Below, piece by piece: positions 1-7,745 of a stretch of DNA of 64,000 nt. Made by a program: the position numbers and the translations under genes. Each line of letters opens with the position of its first letter. Within the stretch, counting starts at the first letter, position 1. Source of the stretch: Bdellovibrionales bacterium (GTDB lineage: Bacteria; Bdellovibrionota; Bdellovibrionia; Bdellovibrionales; JAUICD01); the NCBI GenBank assembly GCA_965262715.1, contig OZ253553.1, positions 1,760,001 to 1,824,000 of the forward strand. The letters are read 5' to 3'. Under the pieces are notes generated by a model. That model saw nothing but the letters and a program-made list of their open reading frames with translations, did no database searches and was not told where the DNA came from.

Positions 1-115
1 AGGAGGAAACTTTTAGATATAAGCGTTCAAATTATGGAGTTGAACCTTCTTTATTTATTTTGACCATATCGTATAAGGATAACTTATCTTGACTTAGTTG
101 ATTGAAAGTAGGAAA

Positions 116-200
116 TGGTGCGGGCAGAGGGATTCGAACCCCCACGCTGTAAAGCACTAGATCCTAAGTCTAGCGTGTCTACCAATTTCACCACGCCCGC
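116..200 (-). tRNA. tRNA-Leu (anticodon TAG)
   Basis: Reverse complement reads GCGGGCGTGGTGAAATTGGTAGACACG-CTAGA-CTTAGGA-TCTAG, a long variable arm, GTTCGAATC T-loop and an encoded CCA end. Confidence 0.97.
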
Positions 201-226
201 CCTCCTCATCACTTTAGTGGCAATTG

Positions 227-637
227 TTAATTGCTTTGTTCTTTTAAATATTTTTTGTATTCACTTGCTTTCATAAGACTTGTCAGCTCTCTTTCATTTT
301 CTATTTCTACTCGGATCAACCAACCTTCATCCATAGGATCATCGTTTAACATTCCTATATCTTCTGTTAGAGTACTATTAACTTCAAGTATTGTACCTGA
401 TAGGGGAGAGTATAGGTCCAAAGCAGCCTTGACACTTTCGATAGCTCCAAATGGCTCATTTTGGACTACCTTTTGACCTTCATCTGGTAAATCTACATAC
501 ACAATTTCACCCATTTGCTCTTGCGCAAAAGAGGTGATTCCTATTGTTGCAGTGGTTTCATCCATATGAGCCCACTCATGATCTTTTGTATAATAATACT
601 CATCAACTATACTCATTTTAAACTTCCTTTTATTCAA
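227..637 (-). CDS. gcvH: Glycine cleavage system H protein (true start probably the internal MSIVDEY)
   Basis: YTKDHEW, GITSFAQ, ESVKA lipoyl-Lys motif, LNDDP..GWL. Confidence 0.95.
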   Translation of the reverse strand: MNKRKFKMSIVDEYYYTKDHEWAHMDETTATIGITSFAQEQMGEIVYVDLPDEGQKVVQNEPFGAIESVKAALDLYSPLSGTILEVNSTLTEDIGMLNDDPMDEGWLIRVEIENERELTSLMKASEYKKYLKEQSN

Positions 638-1010
638 GTTATTGTTTGTAATTTTTAACTGTAAAAAGCTATCAGATTAATACTTTTTTATCTTATATCC
701 CTATTAAAAGTCAAAATGATTTAAGTATTTTAACATGATAGGTGGAGATAAATATCTTATTTATTAACCCCTTTTATTATTCTATTTTATTGATAATAAG
801 TAAAATATAAACCATAACGCAAGCACTTAGTTTTAGCTAATATGATCTTTTAAGAGGAGATAAAAAGATAAATAGTCATTTTATTCTAAAAAAAGACATA
901 CTTTTAGGTAACAAGTCCTAAAATTCGCTATCTATAAATGCTTATTTATAATAAGTTATAGAGCAATAAAAGATAAGCTTTAATAAAAGACTTTTGTAGT
1001 TAAATTAAGT

Positions 1011-2057
1011 ATGAAGAAATCACCATGTTCAATTCGAACAGTATTGAGTATTGAAACCAGTTGTGATGACACATCTGTAGCTATTATTCAAGATGATCAA
1101 AACTCCAAAAATGTATGTGTCAATTTTGTTTTAGATCAAAATAGTGTTCATTTACCTTTTTCTGGAATTGTTCCAGAGATGGCAGGAAGGAAGCATTTAG
1201 AAGTTCTATTACCTCTTATAGATAAAGGGCTTTCAGCAACAGGATTATCTTGGGAGGAGATTGATGGTATTGCTGTAACTGAAGGACCAGGCCTTATTGG
1301 TTCACTTCTAGTAGGAATTTTAACAGCAGAGACTCTTGCCTTAACGAAGCAAAAACCTCTAATTGGAGTGAATCATCTTGAAGGTCATGTCCTATCTCCA
1401 TTTTTAAAAGATCAAAATTATGAGCCTTCTTTTAATTACACAGAACCTTTTTTAGCACTCATTGTCAGTGGAGGTCATACATCTCTTTATAAAGTAGATG
1501 GTCTATTTCAATATACTCTTTTGGAGACAACATTAGATGATGCGGCAGGAGAGGCCCTTGACAAACTAGCGCAGATGTTGGGGCTTGGTTTTCCTGGAGG
1601 TGCTAAAATAGATCGTTTAGCTAGAGATGGAGACATTAAGGCATTTGAGTTTCCTCGTCCTCTTATCAAAAGTCATAACTTTAGCTTTTCAGGGCTTAAG
1701 ACAGCTGCTTTGCGTCTTATTAAGGGCATGAAAGAATCAGATATACAAGATCAAATACCTTCTATTTGCGCATCTTATCAGGAAGCGGTTGTTGATGTAC
1801 TACTTACAAAGTTAATTTCTGCATCTAAGAAATGCTGTATTAAGAATATAGTTATTACAGGAGGAGTCAGTGCTAATAGCCGACTTAGGCAGAAAGCTCA
1901 AGAGTGGACAGAGCAAGATCATATCAGTTTAGCTTTGCCTCCTGTTTGCTATTGTACGGATAATGCTGCTATGATTGGACTTGTTGGATTATTACGTTTG
2001 CAATCTGGTTATAGAACTATATCTCCTTTAATCCCTCAACCTACACTCCAGCTTTAA
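1011..2057 (+). CDS. tsaD: tRNA N6-threonylcarbamoyltransferase TsaD
   Basis: IETSCDDT, GPGL, VNHLEGH, VSGGHT, DDAAGEA, FSFSGLKT, CTDNAAMI motifs. Confidence 0.97.
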   Translation: MKKSPCSIRTVLSIETSCDDTSVAIIQDDQNSKNVCVNFVLDQNSVHLPFSGIVPEMAGRKHLEVLLPLIDKGLSATGLSWEEIDGIAVTEGPGLIGSLLVGILTAETLALTKQKPLIGVNHLEGHVLSPFLKDQNYEPSFNYTEPFLALIVSGGHTSLYKVDGLFQYTLLETTLDDAAGEALDKLAQMLGLGFPGGAKIDRLARDGDIKAFEFPRPLIKSHNFSFSGLKTAALRLIKGMKESDIQDQIPSICASYQEAVVDVLLTKLISASKKCCIKNIVITGGVSANSRLRQKAQEWTEQDHISLALPPVCYCTDNAAMIGLVGLLRLQSGYRTISPLIPQPTLQL

Positions 2058-2062
2058 ATAAA

Positions 2063-2896
2063 TTGAAAAAACAAGAAGTACTTTCCTTACTTAAAGACCT
2101 TGATACTTACCCTAAGAGATCGCTAGGGCAGAATTTTTTAGTCAATCCACAGATTTGTCAACAGATTATCTTTGAGGTTTATAGAGAGAAGGTAGATAGA
2201 GTGATCGAAATTGGACCTGGACTGGGTGTGCTCACAGAGGCTTTAAAAAAAGTATCAGATTTAATTTTGATTGAAAAAGACAAGGTATTTGCTGAATATC
2301 TAAGGCAAAAAGGATTTCTTGTTTTAAATGAAGATGCTTTACTTTCAAATTGGAATGACCTTATCAAAGGAAGTACATTATTAGTAAGTAATCTTCCTTA
2401 TCAAATATCTTCTCGTCTTTTAGTAGAAAGATCTTTAGATAAGAAGCCATTGCAAAAAATGATTTTAATGTTTCAGACAGAAGTTGCTCAAAGAATTCTA
2501 AGTCAATTTGGCTGTCGTCGGTCAGAAACATTTGGATTGCTCAGTGTGATGGCACAAAATCATTGGCATATAGAAAAAGTGTTGAATGCAGGTCCAAAAG
2601 ATTTTTATCCCTCACCTAATGTAGGTAGTCAGGTTTTGAAGTTCACTCCAAAATCTTTTTCTGATCCCTTTAACTCTAAATGGTTTTTAAATTTTCTTAA
2701 AATAGGGTTTTCTCAAAGGAGAAAAATGCTTCAAAAAGTTCTGTTATTGAATATAGATAAATTAAAAACAGATAATGTTATCGCAAAAGATCAAGTTAAA
2801 GAAGCCTTTAAATCTCTTAATATTGCAGCAACAGTAAGGCCACATGAACTGTCTTCTCAGAAGTGGTTGGATTTATTTACTTTGCTGTTTCCCTAG
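2063..2896 (+). CDS. rsmA: 16S rRNA adenine dimethyltransferase RsmA/KsgA
   Basis: LGQNFL, EIGPGLG, SNLPYQIS, MFQxEVA, FSQRRKML motifs. Confidence 0.96.
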   Translation: MKKQEVLSLLKDLDTYPKRSLGQNFLVNPQICQQIIFEVYREKVDRVIEIGPGLGVLTEALKKVSDLILIEKDKVFAEYLRQKGFLVLNEDALLSNWNDLIKGSTLLVSNLPYQISSRLLVERSLDKKPLQKMILMFQTEVAQRILSQFGCRRSETFGLLSVMAQNHWHIEKVLNAGPKDFYPSPNVGSQVLKFTPKSFSDPFNSKWFLNFLKIGFSQRRKMLQKVLLLNIDKLKTDNVIAKDQVKEAFKSLNIAATVRPHELSSQKWLDLFTLLFP

Positions 2897-3037
2897 AAAT
2901 GAACTGGCCTCTCGAGGCAAGTCTCTCGAGGCGAGCCTCTCGAGGCGAGCCTCTGACCATTTTTGGGCAATCAGTGCAGGCGGTTAGCACCGTCAGCAAA
3001 ATGCTGATTGCCTCAAAAATCTGTTCATTTTAAAGGG
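2884..3037. repeat. Family A structured repeat overlapping the rsmA stop codon
   Basis: AAATGAAC...GTTCATTT outer stem, three (C/T)CTCTCGAGGC mini-hairpin units, GGCAATCAG/CTGATTGCC inner stem. Confidence 0.85.
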
Positions 3038-3143
3038 TGTTGTCTATTACATAAATGAACTCATTTTATTTATCTAGGCATTACTTGTAGTAAGATTCAC
3101 TAGACTTTGAAAAAGTTAATGCTTTATATGCAGTTGGCAAAGC

Positions 3144-3464
3144 TTAGGATAGAGCTTCTGCACATTCTATGTCTTCATTGATATCTTCATGAAGCTGCTC
3201 AAGTTTTTCCATAGAAAAGTTTAAAAAGATATTTTGTAATCTTTCTTTCCATATTTCTCTTATTTCTAAATCGTAGTTTGTGGATTGAAGAGATGTATCA
3301 ATTGATTTTAATAAATCATTTAATTTGTCAAAAATAAAAGAACGAGTCTTTGACTCATCAAGGTAAGATTCTGTGGCAAATAAATCCATAGATATCATTA
3401 TCTCTTTTATAACTATTTTTCTTTCATCATCTTTATCAATGTGCTTTTCTATGTATTCTACCAT
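3144..3464 (-). CDS. Hypothetical protein, possibly 5'-truncated
   Basis: 106-aa ORF with plausible composition; the frame stays open upstream into the prfA end. Confidence 0.45.
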   Translation of the reverse strand: MVEYIEKHIDKDDERKIVIKEIMISMDLFATESYLDESKTRSFIFDKLNDLLKSIDTSLQSTNYDLEIREIWKERLQNIFLNFSMEKLEQLHEDINEDIECAEALS

Positions 3465-3521
3465 AGTCTTTAACTTTTCAATCTCTGTTACAGCAAGTCC
3501 ATTAAAGTATAATTTTATATT

Positions 3522-4598
3522 TCAGGATTCTTGCGTTTTAAGTTGTTGAGCTTGAAAGTAAGTTTGAACAGCCTCTATGAGGTCTGTTAGTTGGCCGTTC
3601 ATAATTTGATTGAGTGTATGAGTTGTTAGGCCAATGCGGTGATCTGTTACACGTGATTGAGGAAAGTTGTAAGTTCTAATACGCTCTGATCTGTCACCTG
3701 TTCCAATTTGTGAAAGCCTTTGGTCAGAGGCCTCTCGTTGAACTTTCGCCTGCTCCATATCAAGAAGTCTTGCGCGTAAAACTTTCATAGCCTTATTTTT
3801 GTTCTTTAATTGAGACTTCTCATCTTGGCAAGATACAACCATTCCCGTTGAGATATGAGTGATTCTAACAGCAGAATCTGTTGTGTTCACATGTTGTCCT
3901 CCACTCCCACTAGACCGGTAAACATCAATGCGTAAATCATTCTGATCAATATCAATATCCACATCCTCAGCTTCAGCTAGCGCAACAACAGTAACAGTGG
4001 ATGTGTGGATGCGTCCTTGACTTTCTGTTTTTGGAACTCTTTGCACACGATGTACACCACTTTCATACTTTAGCCTGCTATAAACTTGATGACCACTCAT
4101 CATAGCAATGACCTCTTTATAACCTCCAGCATTACCTTCAGATATGGATAAAATTTCTATCCTCCACTTTTTTTCAGCAGCATAAAGACAGTAAGCACGG
4201 AATAGCTCCTCTGCAAATAAGCTAGCTTCATCTCCTCCAGCACCAGCGCGTATTTCTAAAATAATATTTTTATCATCCTTTGGGTCTTTAGGTAGAAGAA
4301 GCTGCTTTAAACTGTGAGTTAAATCTTCTAAAGTTTTTTGAAGTAATTCTATCTCCTCTTTTATTAAAACAAGAAGTTCCTCATCTGATTCTTCTTTTAG
4401 TAATTTGTTATTTGTTGTAATATCTTCTTGCGTTTTTTTATATTTGCGATAGATATCTATAATTTCTTTTAACTGAGAGTGTTCTTTCATTAATTTAGTA
4501 TAAAGCTTCTGATCCTTAATAATATTAGGATCTTGTAGTTGCTGGTGGATGTCTGTAAAATGCAAGTGAATATCTTCAAGCTCTTTAAATAAACTCAT
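3522..4598 (-). CDS. prfA: Peptide chain release factor 1
   Basis: GGQHVNTTDSAVR, RVQRVPKTE (PxT motif), IRTYNFPQ. Confidence 0.98.
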   Translation of the reverse strand: MSLFKELEDIHLHFTDIHQQLQDPNIIKDQKLYTKLMKEHSQLKEIIDIYRKYKKTQEDITTNNKLLKEESDEELLVLIKEEIELLQKTLEDLTHSLKQLLLPKDPKDDKNIILEIRAGAGGDEASLFAEELFRAYCLYAAEKKWRIEILSISEGNAGGYKEVIAMMSGHQVYSRLKYESGVHRVQRVPKTESQGRIHTSTVTVVALAEAEDVDIDIDQNDLRIDVYRSSGSGGQHVNTTDSAVRITHISTGMVVSCQDEKSQLKNKNKAMKVLRARLLDMEQAKVQREASDQRLSQIGTGDRSERIRTYNFPQSRVTDHRIGLTTHTLNQIMNGQLTDLIEAVQTYFQAQQLKTQES

Positions 4599-4689
4599 TT
4601 TTTTTACCTCTTAAATATAAATTATTGTATTGATTTACTATTGATTATGTAAAGTTACTATAAATAAAATGAAAAAAATATTGTTAAAA

Positions 4690-4852
4690 ATTAAAATTGG
4701 TTCTGTGGTATTTAGATATTTCCTTTATGCGATCCTTTGTTATAGCAGGTTCAAATTCTAAAGTGCCCATGTAACATAATCTTTCAACAGGGCTGAAATC
4801 AGCTTTTGAGCGTCCCTCTTTAACAAGCCATGTATCTTCAAGCTGTTTCCAT
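4690..4852 (-). pseudogene. hipA: Heavily deleted hipA toxin remnant
   Basis: ATG-GAA-ACA-GCT just after the HTH stop, then (frame-shifted) DTWLVKEGRSKADFSPVERLCYMG-TLEFEPA, matching the HipA N-terminal motif W..xGR...fxPvERLcYiG.rgmGALEFeP. Confidence 0.75.
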
Positions 4853-4855
4853 TAT

Positions 4856-5170
4856 TTATCTCTTTTTTGATCTCGAAGATGAAGCGCGTTTGCGAACAGA
4901 GCCCTTTAATTTTAAAAGCTGTATTGGGCTTAAGCTTTTCTCTGGAAAAAGTAAATCTAAATTTTCTAAACTTTTTAAAACTCTCAAAATGCAAATGATC
5001 ACTTTGAAACCAACGCAACCATTTGACTCTGCTAAACTAATGGTTCTGCGAGAAAGTCCTGCCCTGCTTGCAAGGTCATCTTGAGACATATTTTTATTTA
5101 AACGTTTCCTCTTTATTCTTTGACCAATCTCTTTCAAAATTTGATGATTCGTCATTTCATAAAACTGCAT
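4856..5170 (-). CDS. XRE-family HTH regulator (HipB-like antitoxin)
   Basis: IGQRIKRKRLNKNMSQDDLASRAGLSRRTISLAE HTH_3 pattern; lies directly upstream of the hipA remnant. Confidence 0.85.
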   Translation of the reverse strand: MQFYEMTNHQILKEIGQRIKRKRLNKNMSQDDLASRAGLSRRTISLAESNGCVGFKVIICILRVLKSLENLDLLFPEKSLSPIQLLKLKGSVRKRASSSRSKKR

Positions 5171-5181
5171 AATATTTCCAA

Positions 5182-5252
5182 ATTTAATGTGATAATATCT
5201 TATTATTAAAGCTCTTTTTTGTTATTTATGATAAAATATTATCACATTAAAT
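5182..5252. promoter_or_regulatory. Probable autoregulatory operator of the HTH gene
   Basis: Perfect 17-bp inverted repeat ATTTAATGTGATAATAT (5182-5198) / ATATTATCACATTAAAT (5236-5252) just upstream of the start codon. Confidence 0.65.
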
Positions 5253-5382
5253 ATATTTAGAAAAGAGTTGTTTTAAAGACTTTAAAGAAATATGGAATTA
5301 AAAGCAAAAGAGATTTAAATCAATCTGATTGATGTTGGGCAGGTTTCTTGATAAAAGGACAATGACTTCAAGGTAGGTAAAC

Positions 5383-6153
5383 ATGAATACACATTCATCT
5401 CTTAAAGGAAAAAATGCTTTAATTTTTGGGCTAGGCAGTGATAAAAGCTTAGCTTGGGGTATTGCTAAAGCACTTCATCAACAAGGATGTACACTTGGGT
5501 TTAGTTTTCTCAATGAAAGATTTAAACGTCGTGTTCTTCCCTTAGCTGAGAGCTTAAATGCTAAACTTATAGAGCCTTTAGATGTCAATAACCCTGAGGA
5601 GATGAGAGACTTTTTTCAAAAGAGTAAAGACACATTTGGTCACATTGATATTTTAATTCATTCTTTAGCTTATGCTCCAACTGAAGACTTAGAGGGTCGT
5701 TTTATAGATACTTCTTGTGAAGGGTTTTTAACAGCTATGAAAACCAGTGTTTACTCTTTAATATCTCTTACCAAATTTGCACAGCCTCTTATGAAAAATG
5801 GTGGAAGTATTGTCACTTTAACTTATCTAGGCTCTCAAAGGGTTGTACCTCATTATCATGTGATGGGTGTTTGTAAGGCGGCACTTGAGGCATCTGTTCG
5901 CTATCTAGCTTATGATCTTGGTCCTCAAAATATTCGTGTCAATGCTATTTCAGCTGGTCCTATAAAGACACTTTCTGCATTAGGAGTTAAAAACTTTAAA
6001 GAAATGCTTTCCAAAAATGAAAATCATGTACCTTTAAGAGAAAATATCACTATTGAAGATGTAGGAAATATGGCAGCTTACCTTTGTGGCGATACTGGAA
6101 AACATGTGACTGGTACAACTATGTACTTAGATAGTGGGGCTCATATTTTATGA
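5383..6153 (+). CDS. fabI: Enoyl-ACP reductase FabI
   Basis: SLAWGIA, YHVMGVCKAALE, VNAISAGPIKTL. Confidence 0.95.
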   Translation: MNTHSSLKGKNALIFGLGSDKSLAWGIAKALHQQGCTLGFSFLNERFKRRVLPLAESLNAKLIEPLDVNNPEEMRDFFQKSKDTFGHIDILIHSLAYAPTEDLEGRFIDTSCEGFLTAMKTSVYSLISLTKFAQPLMKNGGSIVTLTYLGSQRVVPHYHVMGVCKAALEASVRYLAYDLGPQNIRVNAISAGPIKTLSALGVKNFKEMLSKNENHVPLRENITIEDVGNMAAYLCGDTGKHVTGTTMYLDSGAHIL

Positions 6154-6890
6154 AAAGGCCTTCAATATTATCTTCAATTGCAAATTATTATAGAGTTTGT
6201 CCTGTCTGCCAAATAGGTGGTGGTTCTTTAAGCTTGCACCTGATAGAATGGCTTTGCCCTTCATGCTATAAATATTTTTTACAAGGGACGCGTATTTTCT
6301 CATATAAGGCACCCATGTATGATCGGCCTGTGCATTGTTTGGTATTATGGGATGAAGAAAACCAAGAATTTATCTCTCACTTAATGCAAAGTTTGAAAGG
6401 AAACTATAATTATCCTGGCTGGCAAGTTGTTTCTAATATCTTGATACGTGAAATGGTCTTGAGTAATTTATTTTACTGGAAAAAAGCAGAGGTGATTGTG
6501 CCTGCTCCTTCTCATAATTCTGATCGTCGGCATGCTCAAGTCTTCGCACAAGCTTTAGGCCGTCAATTAAATATACCTGTAGACTTAGACCTTTTAAGCT
6601 TTAAAGAAGAACAAAAACCGTGGTTTCATTTAAAAAAAACACAGAATGAAAGACAGGCTTTTAAATCAAAAAATCAAAGAACAAAAATCCAAATTATAGC
6701 AAAAGAACATAAATATAAAAAGATACTATTTGTTGATGATATTTGTACAACTGGCTCTACAATATCTGCAGCTAGGCAAACCTTAACAAGGCAAGCCTTA
6801 ACAAGGCGGGCCTTAACAAGGCGAGCCTTAGGTCGTCTTTCTTACTTTCAACCTCTTGTACTTACTTGTAAAAGTAAAACACCTATATAA
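6150..6890 (+). CDS. comF: ComF-family phosphoribosyltransferase-like protein
   Basis: N-terminal CxxC...CxxC, IVPAP, LFVDDICTTGST PRPP loop. Confidence 0.75.
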   Translation: MKRPSILSSIANYYRVCPVCQIGGGSLSLHLIEWLCPSCYKYFLQGTRIFSYKAPMYDRPVHCLVLWDEENQEFISHLMQSLKGNYNYPGWQVVSNILIREMVLSNLFYWKKAEVIVPAPSHNSDRRHAQVFAQALGRQLNIPVDLDLLSFKEEQKPWFHLKKTQNERQAFKSKNQRTKIQIIAKEHKYKKILFVDDICTTGSTISAARQTLTRQALTRRALTRRALGRLSYFQPLVLTCKSKTPI

Positions 6891-6915
6891 AAATAAATGA
6901 AACATCTTTTGTTAA

Positions 6916-7644
6916 GTGATAGAAATGAAGGCTTTTATGAATCAAGCAAATTCTTTTTGGCAAAAATATTTAAAATGGTGTCTTTTTGTTTTTTTATTAC
7001 TAACAATTTCATCACAAGCTGTTTTAACTAAAGAAGAAAAGGCCTCTATTCCAGATAAAAAAAATTTGGAAGTGTTAAAATCTGTCGAAGGCAAATATAT
7101 TCAGATGCAAAACCTTCAATCGGAATTAAAGAAAACAACGACTTTAAAAGTTTTACAAAGAGAAACTATCTATACAGGAACATTGAAAGTTAAAAAGGGT
7201 GGGTATTTACGTATAGATATGACATCTCCAGTAAAATCTATTTTACTCATAAATCCAGAAGGAACATGGCACACTCAGTATCCCGAAGTACCTGAGTTTG
7301 ATGATAAAATAAGAGTTATTAAAACAAAAACAAAATCTGCTTTGCAAATAGCCTTACTTTCTATTTTGGAAGAAGGCAAAATATTAGAACACTTTCATCT
7401 TTTATCTTCTGAAAATGCGAAAACATCACATATTTTTAAATTAAGCACTAAAGAAGAAGCTAATATGATTCCTCAATTAGAAATTGTCGTTGATACTCTT
7501 TTTTTAATCACAAAAATCACTTATTGGGATAGCCTGCAAAATAAAACAGTATTGGAGTTTCATGACATTTTACTCAATAAAAATATTGAAAATGATATTT
7601 TTGAATTTAAAAAACCTCCAAATGCTGAAATCATAGAAAACTAA
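6916..7644 (+). CDS. lolA: Outer-membrane lipoprotein carrier LolA-like protein
   Basis: Signal peptide, D.lgN.T.l.F-like segment, C-terminal FEFKKPPNAEII. Confidence 0.75.
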   Translation: MIEMKAFMNQANSFWQKYLKWCLFVFLLLTISSQAVLTKEEKASIPDKKNLEVLKSVEGKYIQMQNLQSELKKTTTLKVLQRETIYTGTLKVKKGGYLRIDMTSPVKSILLINPEGTWHTQYPEVPEFDDKIRVIKTKTKSALQIALLSILEEGKILEHFHLLSSENAKTSHIFKLSTKEEANMIPQLEIVVDTLFLITKITYWDSLQNKTVLEFHDILLNKNIENDIFEFKKPPNAEIIEN

Positions 7645-7745
7645 AAACAGATTCTGTGACCAGATACTACTTTGCTAGTTACCTACTTGCCAGATACCGG
7701 AATAGAGATGTTGTAAAATGCAGATATTTATTTTTGAAACTGGTT

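Noticed and set aside
1..67. Gene start downstream of tRNA-Leu
   Set aside because: The ATG frame closes after 11 codons; not supportable
2884..3037. Integron attC sites as the identity of family A
   Set aside because: No RYYYAAC/GTTRRRY boxes, no integrase, and the elements are scattered among housekeeping genes
4758..5084. ORFs 4758-5018 and 4830-5084
   Set aside because: They are alternative or antisense frames of the HTH gene and hipA remnant
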